The notes under the pieces were generated by a model, which was not told where the DNA came from, ran no database searches, and saw only the letters and a program-made list of their open reading frames with translations. From positions 182,153 through 246,152 of the forward strand of contig ML996697.1 in NCBI GenBank assembly GCA_010356995.1: a stretch of DNA of 64,000 bases, in the 5' to 3' direction. The position numbers were made by a program, and so were the translations under genes. How positions within the stretch are numbered: position 1 is the stretch's first letter; every line of letters starts with the position of its first letter. Shown piece by piece: positions 35,244 through 45,870 of the stretch. Source of the DNA: Trichodelitschia bisporula (lineage: Eukaryota).

Positions 35244-37845
35244 ATGAAGATGGTGCCCTCTGCTTTCCTGTCGGAAAGGCTCGCCAGTCTCGGGCTGGCG
35301 CAGTACCTCCCGGTGCTTGCGGAAAACGGGTTCGATGATTGGGACACGGTGCTTGACATCACCGAGGAGGACCTGCAGACGTTGGGCTTCAAGCGGGGCC
35401 ATCGTCGCGTGCTCCAGCGCGAGATTGCCGCCCATCGGGGCCAAGCCTACCCCTCCGTCGTTCCCCCCACCTTCATCGACGTCACCCAAAGTCCAGGCTT
35501 CAGTGCGTACAACACCGGCACGAGCACAACGGCTACCAGCTCGGCGGAGCCAACCCCATTCGAGAAACCGCAGCCACAATTGCCTAGCGTCACAACTTCC
35601 TCGGAAACCAGCCAGTCCACCAAACGCTCCAAACGCCGCTACCGATGGCATCCTCGGCCAGACCCTCATGCTCCAAAGCGTCCCAAGACGGCTTACGTCA
35701 ATTTCGCCGACCACACGCGTATGGATCCTACCGTTGTGGGGCTGTCGTTTGTCGAGATTGCGCGCGAGGTCGGCCGACGCTGGCAGGTCATGAATCCGGC
35801 GGAGAAGCACGCGTGGGAGGCGAATGCTGCCGTGGCGCTGCAGTACTACGAGAACCAGATGGAGGAGTACCGCAAAACCGACGATTACCGCAAGTACCAG
35901 GATTACCTAGAGACCTTCAAGAAGGCGCCGGGAAAGTCGGCACGGGAAAAGATGCGCAGTCCGCAGCCCGGCCAGCCGAGCATCTCAAGCACCGATCCCG
36001 GTATGAGCCCTGTGCTGCGCCGATCCGAGTCGGTGTGTTCCCGCGACAGCCGTAGAATCTCCCCGGATTCGCCACGTGACCATGATCATTCGGTCGGCCA
36101 AAGGGACCTCTCGCAAGCATTGAGCAGGGCTTTGGGCGAGCTCACGCAGCTGAGACAAGAGTTCAAGGATGTGCGGCCGTACGATGCACATGAGCTATTG
36201 CCGCGCGAGCTGGCAGCGGCCACCATCCGGAATCTGCATACCGGACTGGGCAGCTTGATCTTCATCTACAGTGACCGACAGGCCGAAGCTCTGCTGGACA
36301 GCATTTACGAGCAACATCATGGCGCGCCGGATGCGCTCACCCTGGCGGAATTCTATCTCGCGCTGGCACTGGGCGGCTCCTCTCCCATGATGCCGGACAA
36401 CGTAGTTGACAAGCTCTTCGTATCTGCATGCGGCATGATTGAGAACGGGGCGCTGCGAGACACGACCTCATTGGGAGTCCTGCGGGTCTTGCTTTGCTTA
36501 TGTCTGTATGCGTTGCTAGAAGAGGGAGATGGCCCGCCTCGTGCGTTCATTGGTAAGTACATGCCACTTCACGCATGTATCAATCCCACTGCTTTCAAGC
36601 ACAATGCTTATTCCGACAGCTGCCGCTTTGAACATCGCCAAGTTCCGATTCCCTCAATTTCCAAACGATGAACTAGGGAGAGCTTCACAAGAAGAATGGC
36701 GCAGAGTGTACCGGTCGTTGGTGTTCTTGGAATGGTATAGTCAACACCGTCGTCTCGTTAAGCACCTCTAATCGTCCAAAGCTGGATGTCCTACTCCCTA
36801 AACTACCCATGCAACGTCCACAGTCACATCAAGGCATGTCCATCACAATATAGTCCAGCCCCCTAAACTAACACCCCTCAGAACGTCCTCCCTCAACCCT
36901 CCACCTGCCCCACCCCCCGCCCACCCCCCCCCCCCCCCGCCCCCACAGACACCACACTTCAAACCCACGCCACCCACACCGCCCCCCCCCTCTCCGACAT
37001 AAGCAGCGCAACCCACCCCTCCTCCCCCCCCCTAACCCCCGACCACCTCCGCTGCTTCGCATCCCAACTCTCCGCCTGGACCGAAACCCTCGAACCCCCC
37101 CTCGCCCTCCCCTCCCTCCTCTCCCCCCCTTGGCGCCCAACCCTAACCCCCCCCCAAACCCACGCCATGCTCCTAATCCACATCCTGCACCTCACGGCAA
37201 CAACCCTCCTCTACCGCGCCCCCCTCCTCTCCGACCACCGCCACCTCTCTGCCCCCTCCTCCCCCCTCCACCCGCGCTTCGACACGCACCTCCAACCCGC
37301 AGACCACGCGCAATGCCGTGCGGAGCTGGACCGCGCAACAAGCACCGCAGCCCAGGTCCTGGAGCGGCTCAACGACGCCCCCGCGCTGGAACCGTGGTGC
37401 TTCCTCCTCATGTACGTCCCCCACCCCTCCCCCCCTCCCCTCTTCCCTCCCAAACTAACCCCCCACCAGTCCCCTCGCCTTCACCCTCAGCACCTCCACC
37501 CTGCTCCTCTCCACCCTCCCCGGCCCCGCCCACCCCCCAATCCAAACCCCCCTCCAAACCCTCCGCCTCTTCAGCACCGACAAAACCCTCGCCGCACGCC
37601 ATCTCAACGCTTTAGACCCTTTGTACGCACTCCTCGCCCCGCGCGCGCCGCCGACTCCCGCGCCCCCTTCGACGAAGCAGAAAATCTCGATCCATGACTT
37701 ATTGCAGAGCGAGCCGGTTCCCCAGGCTGCGCCGACGCCGCCGCCGGCGGGCGCTGCGAGGGATGTACTGAATGCTGTGTTGGGGCTTGTGGGTGTGCGG
37801 CGGGAGGGGGTGAGGGCGAGCGATCCGTATCCTACGCCGCCGTAG
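35244..37845 (+). CDS. SAM domain + HMG-box + fungal-specific transcription factor (middle homology region) protein
   Basis: SAM: LASLGLAQYLPVLAENGFDDWDTVLDITEEDLQTLGFKRGHRRVL; HMG: PDPHAPKRPKTAYVNF...FVEIAREVGRRW; MHR-like: EEWRRVYRSLVFLECWMSYSLNYP, LSAWTETLEP, LLYRAPLL; introns 36553-36619, 36734-36781, 36834-36881 (GC-AG), 37412-37469. Confidence 0.85.
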
Positions 37846-38298
37846 CGCTGGGGAGAGGGGCTTGGGATATGCCGCATTTGAGCGGGGTAATTGCGGTCTG
37901 GGGTGTTTACGATGTTGTGTACCTCCCCTAGCCAGGAAGGTTGAAGCCCCATGTGGCGCTAGTGGTACGATCTGATACTGATCAGAAAAAGTGAAGCCCG
38001 CCGTGAGGCTTTCACCACTGTTTTTGCACTTTTGCGCCACGTGCATTAGGCTAATTGTAGAACAATAATTACCATTTGGACTACAGACATTAAACCGACC
38101 TCAACCACCCTTGATCCGCCGTCATACGTTCTATCATGCCAATCGTGCGATGCCGCACCCAAACGCCATCCACGTGATTATGTACAATATTTACCCCAAT
38201 CGCGGGGCGCACACGAGAGCGAATACGAAAATCCGCCAGAAGGACGTAGGGGTATTAACCGTATTACCCGTTCCCGGTCCTTAATGCGCCGAAGTCGA

Positions 38299-39710
38299 TT
38301 ACAAAAGACAGAACCCGACCGCGACCGCACCGCCCAAGCCAGCTAGAACGTGTCCGACGCTAAGGGAATTAGCATCGCCCTTCTTGGTGCTCGTGGCCGA
38401 GGGTTGGACACTACCCGACGACGTCTTGGTAGCATCAGCCGAGTTGAACGTCTGCCCGACGCTGGGGAGCACGACATTGCCCTTGACCTCCCAGACGCCG
38501 GGGGTGGCGTCAGGGCAGGGTGGGGGAGTGAGGGTGGGCTTGTAATCCGCGGCCTTGATGGAGCTAGGGCTGACGGTTTTCCACTGGTTGGCCAGGTTCG
38601 AGAAGTCCGGCTGGACGGGGATAGGGGTGCCGGAGCGGGGGAAGCCATCGGGGGGCGCGCCGGGGGAGGACGCGTCGACCTTTGCGCCGTAGGAGATGAG
38701 GCCGTAATGGTTCGATTCCTCGATCCATTCGTAGATGATGGAGCCCGACCAGTAGGGCGACATGTCCTTGCCGAAGATGGCGCCTTGGTCGCCGAAGTCA
38801 CGGGGCGCGACGGTGTTGCACCCGGTCTCAGAGAAGAAGATGGGGACGGGGTACTGGGTGACCATGGCGTTGAGCGCCGAATAGCCGGAGCCGGCGTAGG
38901 TGTTCTGGCCGCACCACTCGTAGGCGTTCAAAGCGAAGAAATCGATGGACTCAGAAGAATTGCTGCCGCATGTGAGGTAGTTCTGGAGCATCGGGCGGAG
39001 CGTCGCAATATCCGCAGCAGAATAGCCAACGGGAATGTTGCGGTATTTCTTCCTGTCGCGGTACGCCTTGAGATCGCGAGTCGCAGCCTTAACGTACGGA
39101 GCTGCGACGGAACCGTTGCCTGATGCTGTCAGGTAAAGTTTACGAAATGTAGAAATCAGCCATACCAGTAGTGAGCACCTCATTTCCGATGAAGAACCCA
39201 GCGGTGTTGTCAAACTTCTGGAATTCATCCATGACCTTTTGGAACTCTTCAAGCTGTGTAGCGTTCCACTGCGGCTTGTCCTGCTCGATCTGAGTGGTGA
39301 ATGTGTCCAGGTCCAACCACAGGTAAATGCCAGCGTCGGCGAAAGTCGACATGCAGGCCCTGTGGTCACCACTCGGATCGACGTGGTAGACGCGAATAGA
39401 GTTGGCGCCCAGCTCCTTCATCAGCGCAGCATCCAGCTTACACTGGTTATTGTCGATGAGTGGATCGTCCGGGACAAGCTGATAAGCGACGCCTTGGAGG
39501 CGATGTTAGTTAATGACCTAGGGGAAACCATCGCACTATCTCAAGCCGCAAAGGCTGCGATCAACGGGCAATGAGGTACTAACCCTTGACGAAGAACTGG
39601 TTGCCATTGCTGTCAAAGAACTTGGAGCCCTTGACGGAGATGGTGGGAATTGCGGCTGCGGTGCTCGCAAGAATGCCGACCGCACCAGCGGCGAAAGTGG
39701 AAAAGCGCAT
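38299..39710 (-). CDS. GH72 1,3-beta-glucanosyltransferase (Gel/Gas family, no X8 domain), predicted GPI-anchored
   Basis: Exons 39710-39584, 39492-39166, 39119-38299; signal peptide, FFVKGVAYQ, ELGANSIRVY, FFIGNE, NAYEWCG, PIFFSETGCN, Ser/Thr tail and hydrophobic C-terminus. Confidence 0.96.
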
Positions 39711-41249
39711 AGCGAGATGTATGGCGCAAAGAAGCTGTCTATGTTCACGGTACGAAAGCGACTATTCGGAAACTGTTGATTGAAGCACTGGGCCGGAGAT
39801 GCAAATGCGCGCGATGAGGGCAGCTGGCTGATAGTCGCGCCTGGCAAAAAAAGAAACGAAGGATGCAATCTACAAGAGCGAAGGTGGGATCAGGATGCAG
39901 GATCTCTAGGACGCGCACCAGGAGAATCCAAGCAACCCAAGCACAGCGAAAGACAGCGACGATGAGAGGGGAGGAGGTGAGGTTGGAAAGCACAATGAGG
40001 TTGGGGAAGTTGGCTTTTGGAAAGAAATGAGGGAAAGTTAGATCGGGGGACCTTATCCCGTCATATCGACAAACAAACGGTCCGTGCGCCTATCAAAGAC
40101 GGCTTTTCGCCAAGGTGGGATGGGACGAGGTTGGCTGGAGGGGAAGCAGCAAGGCATTGGCTAGTACGGTAAAGGCGGGCCCCAAAGTGCAGCGCAAAGT
40201 AAAGCGAAGCAATGCAAAGCAAGGAAAACCACCCGCAGCTTCAATAATGGTGCAGAGCTTGGGGCTGCAGAATCGCGACGGCAACCGGGGCCAACCTAAC
40301 CGAGTAGAGAAAGCGGATATATTTCCTTGATTGTTTCTGGCGCTGGTTGCATCCTCTTGTCTTTTACGCCTCTCTCTTTGCTAGCTCGCAAAGGGGAGCT
40401 TTTTCGTTCTCCTGTTTTCATCTCTTCCAAGGAACTACCGAACGGTAAAGAGCATTTGACAGGGGAGTTCCAATGGCTTTTCTTGCTGGCAGTCGGCACA
40501 GCATGGCTTTATTCAAGTCCAATTGTAGACCAATGGATCCTGTGGATGGGTCGGCTCCAGCTTGGCCGATGGGTTGACGAAGGGAGATAAGGGCTTGGCT
40601 CTTGCGCGGCCCGTTGTCTGGTATCGAAAGCGTGGCGGCGAGGGTGGCGGCGAAGGTGGCGTCTTTGGTGGCTTGACTTCCCGTTCGCATCCCCAGAAAC
40701 TTGGCTGTGGGTCTCAGGTCCAAAACTGAACTTCATCTTTCAGGTCCACCACTCGTCATCAACCCTCGTCTCTCATCAATGCTCTTCTAACCCATCATCG
40801 TCTGAAACCATTTGCGACGTCACCACTACTCCCCAACAGTACCACTTGGCACAGTTTGCGAGAGAAGCACGAGACCAAATCACTAACTTTCACCGAGAAC
40901 AGCATGTGTGCTAGTCCTAGTCAACGCCCACTCCAAGGCGAGTCCAAACACCGTCTTAGACACGGCATGGAGAGTTGTCCAACGTACAGTTCACCACAAA
41001 GGGTCCAACCGGGATTGCATTGTTGATGTGCGTGTGAACATATGCAGGGTACAAGTCACTGTTGCACAACTTTCTGTCATGCGGTGTCCCCGCTCGGCAA
41101 CGGTGCCACACATTGCACCGCAGACCTCAACGACACACAATGCCACCAAGTCACCGTCCGCAGTCCATTTGAAAAAGCCATAGAAACAACCACAGAAACA
41201 ACCACAGCTTCGTGCTAGCTGCCCTGGTACACCACATTCAAGCCGGATT

Positions 41250-42002
41250 CTAGCCCTCATCCTTCCTCGAAGGCTCGGATACAGGCTTGTCGTCTTCCTG
41301 CTTTAGCGCGTTCAGCATCTCCTGCCATGCGCCATCCCACGCACCCAAACTCTTTTGCGTCGTAACTCTCTCTTTTGCCCACTGCTCCTGCTCCGCAAGC
41401 CTGCGCATCAGCTTCTTCCGCTCAAACCGCATCTTTCTCAGTCGGTCTCTAATCGGCCTCCCTAAACTCGGCCACGAAATCGGGCACGCTGGTGCAGTTA
41501 TCTTTCCAGGCAGGTGCCGCGCCGGCCCGGTGCCCGAACCACTGTTGCCATAGCCGGGCGTACAGACCGGCGGCCCATAGCCGGCCGAGTAGCGGATTTG
41601 CGCTGGCAGCTCATGGTGCACCCCGGGTGGTGTTTGCAGCGGCGGATTTACAGGGCGTTGCGGCGTAATCGGCGGTGTCTCCATCATGCGAATCGGTAGC
41701 CTCCGCGGCGGTGTCTCATGAGGTGGCTGGTGCTCGGAGAGAGCCGCCGCCGGCAGGTTCGCAGAGCTGCTAGGTGGGCGGTTCATCTGCCGCGTGAAGG
41801 GAAATGTAGTCGGCCCGTGGCCGTCTCCGTGCCCGCTCAGGAGGATGGGATCGATACAGTCGTCTGGCGGTCTGTGGCAATCTTGCGGCGCAGTCAAACT
41901 CCTAGGCATGCCGCAGAGTGTGCATCTATCTTGCTGACCATAGTGAACCTCGTAGCACGAGGAGCATCTCCAAGCGGGCAGGGGATGCATCTGATGCTGC
42001 AT
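41250..42002 (-). CDS. Hypothetical protein with RanBP2-like zinc finger, Pro-rich middle and C-terminal coiled coil
   Basis: First ATG at 42002; WRCSSCYEVHYGQQDRCTLCGMPR; C-terminal RDRLRKMRFERKKLMRRLAEQEQW helix. Confidence 0.65.
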   Translation of the reverse strand: MQHQMHPLPAWRCSSCYEVHYGQQDRCTLCGMPRSLTAPQDCHRPPDDCIDPILLSGHGDGHGPTTFPFTRQMNRPPSSSANLPAAALSEHQPPHETPPRRLPIRMMETPPITPQRPVNPPLQTPPGVHHELPAQIRYSAGYGPPVCTPGYGNSGSGTGPARHLPGKITAPACPISWPSLGRPIRDRLRKMRFERKKLMRRLAEQEQWAKERVTTQKSLGAWDGAWQEMLNALKQEDDKPVSEPSRKDEG

Positions 42003-42700
42003 ATTCCGCTTTGGGAAGGAGCGGCCGCCCGGCGCTGGGGAGTTATATACCCGCCAGGCGACAGGTTTGAGTATCGTACGAGCGGTTTGGCGGTGCGTGG
42101 TTTGGTAAGGAATTTGTTGTTCTTTCCCTTTGGCCTCCGGTGTTTCAATCGCGCTTGCGTCAGGTTGAGGGGACAAGGTCGTTGTTTTGCTTTTGTCCTT
42201 TCAGGCGACTACCTGGGGCTTTGAGCGATATCTTGCCTAATAGTGTTTTGGTTACGCCCTTCAGTCAGTATGGTTGACGAATTTGTAGGATCTGTCTAGA
42301 ACGCACGTAGTACGTGGTATGAAAGGCGCCGGCCTTCTCTCCTCCGCGAGTCAGTTCTAAACCACCTGCCATATGCTTTGGGAGTGCCCTCCTTGGAACT
42401 TTCTTGTCTTCCTGAACTTCTGGCCTCAGCCTTGCTGAGGGATATTCCTCGATGCAGCGCGGCGGTTGAAGCTTGTACCAACAGCTCAGCCTTATGCTTC
42501 CCTTCACAATCGCTACTAGACAAGAGAGCAAATGCCAAATGGCTTGGTCGTAGCAGAAGCACAGAGGGAGGAAAATACAAGGCGACTATAATCACCATTC
42601 TTCCCTCCGCATCTCCGAGCGCACAGAATGTTCATGTCATATTTCACCCAATGCCTACATTTACCCATTATACCTTCAAACATCTCCAATCCATCCTCAC

Positions 42701-43691
42701 TCACCCAAAAACTAAAGCCCTAACCTCCACACTCTCCCTCTCCGCCTCCCACCCCTCCGACCTCGGATCCACAAACGCCGTATGCGGCGCCCGTCCCCCA
42801 GTCTCACTATCAAAGCATTGCAACGCCAGAACCTCCCCCCGGACGGGATCCATCCCACTCCAATACCACCACTGCGCCTCGGGATCATACCGTATCTGCG
42901 CCGTATACCCCGTCTTCGTCGGATACCTATGCTCCACCGCAACGAGATTATCCTCCTTGAACGTCCGCGAGTCGCCCACTGCGAGCGGGAATGTAACTAC
43001 CGGCCGCAGCGGGCGCCAGATGTTGATTAGCCTAACCCGGCCAGCCTGTAGTGCTGGCACGTCTTCGGCGGGTAGATGCTGCGCCACGCGCGCCAGCGCC
43101 GCTTCGGGCGTTTGGTCGATGTGTGCCGTGAGCACGGGCCCGCGCTTTGCGCCTTCCTGGCTGACGCGGTGGGTGTGGTCGAAGATTTGCACCCTGTGCG
43201 CGCCCGGGCACAGCTTGAGCAGCAGGGCCTCGACTTCGGGGTAGTACTTCCGCTGCACCGCCCCCTCGTCGCTCCAGTCCGCAGTCGTCATACTCGTGCT
43301 CACGCCGCTGATAGGCAGGAAAGACTGCTCGTCCAGCGCGACCTCGCCTTCGTGGCCGCGTACGTCCCGGATGAGCACTTCGTGCGATGCGCGGGTGAAG
43401 TTGCGCTGTGGGACGCCGGCTGGGGGGTCGTAGACGAAGTTGTAGGGCTGGAGCGGGATTAGTGGGGAACGGGTAAATCAAGAGGAGGCGAGGCTAGCGG
43501 GAGACGGGTGAGGGGGCGGGGCTTACGGTGGATCCATCTTCCGGCGGATTGTAGTAATTGATCGTAGCCTTGACGTCGCCGGCCGGTGCGACGAGGGGCA
43601 CAATGTTATGGCTCTCCGTCGTAGGCGCCGTGTGTGCGGGCTCGGCCTGGAGCTGGTGCGCGGGGGTCGGGGTGGGTGATAGAGCGGACAT
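42701..43691 (-). CDS. AsaB/CmcJ/GA4-desaturase-like putative oxygenase
   Basis: Exons 43691-43527 and 43447-42701; YYPEVE, IFDHTHR, AHIDQT, INIWRPL, PLAVGDSR, WWYWSGM, PHTAF, RESVEVRALV. Confidence 0.9.
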
Positions 43692-44418
43692 GGTTACGTG
43701 TACGGCGTCGAGAAAGCAGTAAAGTCAATGGATCGATATACGTGTATCCGGTTCAGATCTCGTGGGTGACCCACCACGGCCGCGAACCCGTCTTATATAC
43801 CCCCCCACTTCCCGGTCTTACTCGGTCTGATTTGAAATCGCCGCGACAAAACACGGTTCGGCCGTCCGATCACTTTCGGGTGCTGGATGGTACGTAGGGC
43901 GTGCGTGTTGCTTGGGTAAGCTGCGTCCGAGGATGGTCGATGGGGCGAATTGGACCCCGCTCTCGCAGTCTGTGGGCGAATGGGTGCGCGCTGCGGGTGG
44001 CGGGGATCATGACGCCATATGCAGGGCCGAGGGCGTGAGGTTCGGCGTCAGGTGATTGCGCGTTCGGGGGCGGGTGATGGTGCAATTGCCGTTGTGTGGC
44101 GGGTTTTACACGGGCTTGTCGGTGCCGGAAGACGTGCGGACACTGTCTGAGGGATTACAACACCCACGTTGAGAGATAATGGGTCCGTCACCTCTGAGCG
44201 ATGGAAGTTAGCCGGTGCTGTGCTCAGTACTGTGGCTAGACATCAATCCCATCACGGAGCTAAGATTATCGTTAAAGAAATCAGATTTCAATTGAACGAA
44301 CACCTCCTTTTCCCTGCGCACAATGACTGATCTCGCAGATACAAGTATACATAAAGAGGCCATCATCGCGAGGTCCAGAAAGCAACTCTCCAACCGCCCA
44401 TGCGAGTCTTGGAGAGCC

Positions 44419-45183
44419 TTAATTCGAGTACCTGCTCTCAATCTCTGACGTCGACTTCTCCATGTCTAAGTGATCCGGATCAACGCGCCACTTCTCCTCC
44501 GCTTCCATCCCCAGAAGGTCCCGAAGATACGAAATACTAGCGCGGAAATACATCTTCCCGAGTCCATACGACCAAATATAGTCCCTCCTCGCCTCGAGCT
44601 TCACCAATAGTTGCCAAAACTGGTTTATATCCTTCACGTCCTCCCCCGCCGCTTCCAACATCTCAGCTCGCCTCTCGATGGCCCTACAGAGCACCTTGTC
44701 CATCTCGCGATAAGGCTGTGCCGTGCGTCCATTCCCTATCGCACCGAAGGTCATATTCCCGTACACCTGCTGCGCGATTGCGAGCATAAGTTCCACGGCG
44801 AGGTCTGGCTTGGGTTCGATAATCGCGCGTACTATCGGCAGCAACCTGACAAACATCTGGGCAAGCTCACTGGCGTCCGTGGCCGGCTCCTTGTCACCCT
44901 TGGGCAGCAGGGGTGCGTAGCGAGTTCTGAAATACCCAACGATTTTCTCAATGAGGGCCAGGGTGTTATGGTACTCTTTCTCAGCGAGTTGTTCGAGGGT
45001 GGGCGGCGGCGGCGACGGGCAGGTGCAGGTCCGGCAGTGCCTCAGGCGCTTCTCTTTGTCCTCGGGGTCTTCTGTGAGCTCAATTGCTGGCGAGAGGGAT
45101 CGCCCGAGGATGGGGTCCTCTTTGGGGGTAAATGTGGGGATGAAGGGAAGCTCAACTGGCATGGGAAGATTGACTGGCATCAT
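44419..45183 (-). CDS. Hypothetical alpha-helical protein, 254 aa
   Basis: Long ORF with natural protein composition, N-terminal HCRTCTC motif; no recognised family. Confidence 0.7.
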   Translation of the reverse strand: MMPVNLPMPVELPFIPTFTPKEDPILGRSLSPAIELTEDPEDKEKRLRHCRTCTCPSPPPPTLEQLAEKEYHNTLALIEKIVGYFRTRYAPLLPKGDKEPATDASELAQMFVRLLPIVRAIIEPKPDLAVELMLAIAQQVYGNMTFGAIGNGRTAQPYREMDKVLCRAIERRAEMLEAAGEDVKDINQFWQLLVKLEARRDYIWSYGLGKMYFRASISYLRDLLGMEAEEKWRVDPDHLDMEKSTSEIESRYSN

Positions 45184-45870
45184 GATGATGAGGGTGATTG
45201 AGGAAAGGATGTAGTGGGGTGGAGAACGGAACAGTGGTGAAGGCCTTAGTCAGATGGACCCCGCTGGGGAGGGTGCAGTTGGTAAATATGCGGCCTCGTG
45301 GTAGTGCTATTCGTCTCGTGAGACGCAGCAAAAAGTGATCAGTGTCGTGTTGGGTACAATCGTGAAGAATGGATTGATGTCGATGTCGATGTTGATGTCG
45401 TAGAACTCAGTCGAGAAGAGATATAAATGCGTCTACCGGGTCGGAAGTGGCTCAGATGGGGCCGGTGATCAGGCGAGTACATTTCCAAATCCTGGAAGCT
45501 ACGGCCGAGCTTGGGGAAGGCGCTGTGCAGGTTGTCGGAAGGACCGGTGCATGGTAGAGGGCGAGAAGGTGTCCCTTGCGGGACGCGCGTCCGAGCACGA
45601 GGTAAGAGGGACGCTTTTGAAGGAGGCGTACCGGCTTCTTCGAGGTCAAGTATAGAGGAAGTGTTGCACCTTCGACATCATTTGATGCGAATCATCGACG
45701 AGAGAGGTCTTATTACGAAGGAGCAGTTTACGGTAAGCTGCTACCCATATCGAGTATATTCACGCTGGGGTCACAGCAGTCTAACGAAACCGACGAGTTC
45801 GGTAATGCGGACTGGCTTCTATTCTTTCGGCTCCACTTCTCCGTCATCCTCATCATCGTCATCATTAGTT

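Noticed and set aside
42378..43244. 288-aa plus-strand ORF
   Set aside because: Antisense shadow of the GC-rich AsaB-like gene
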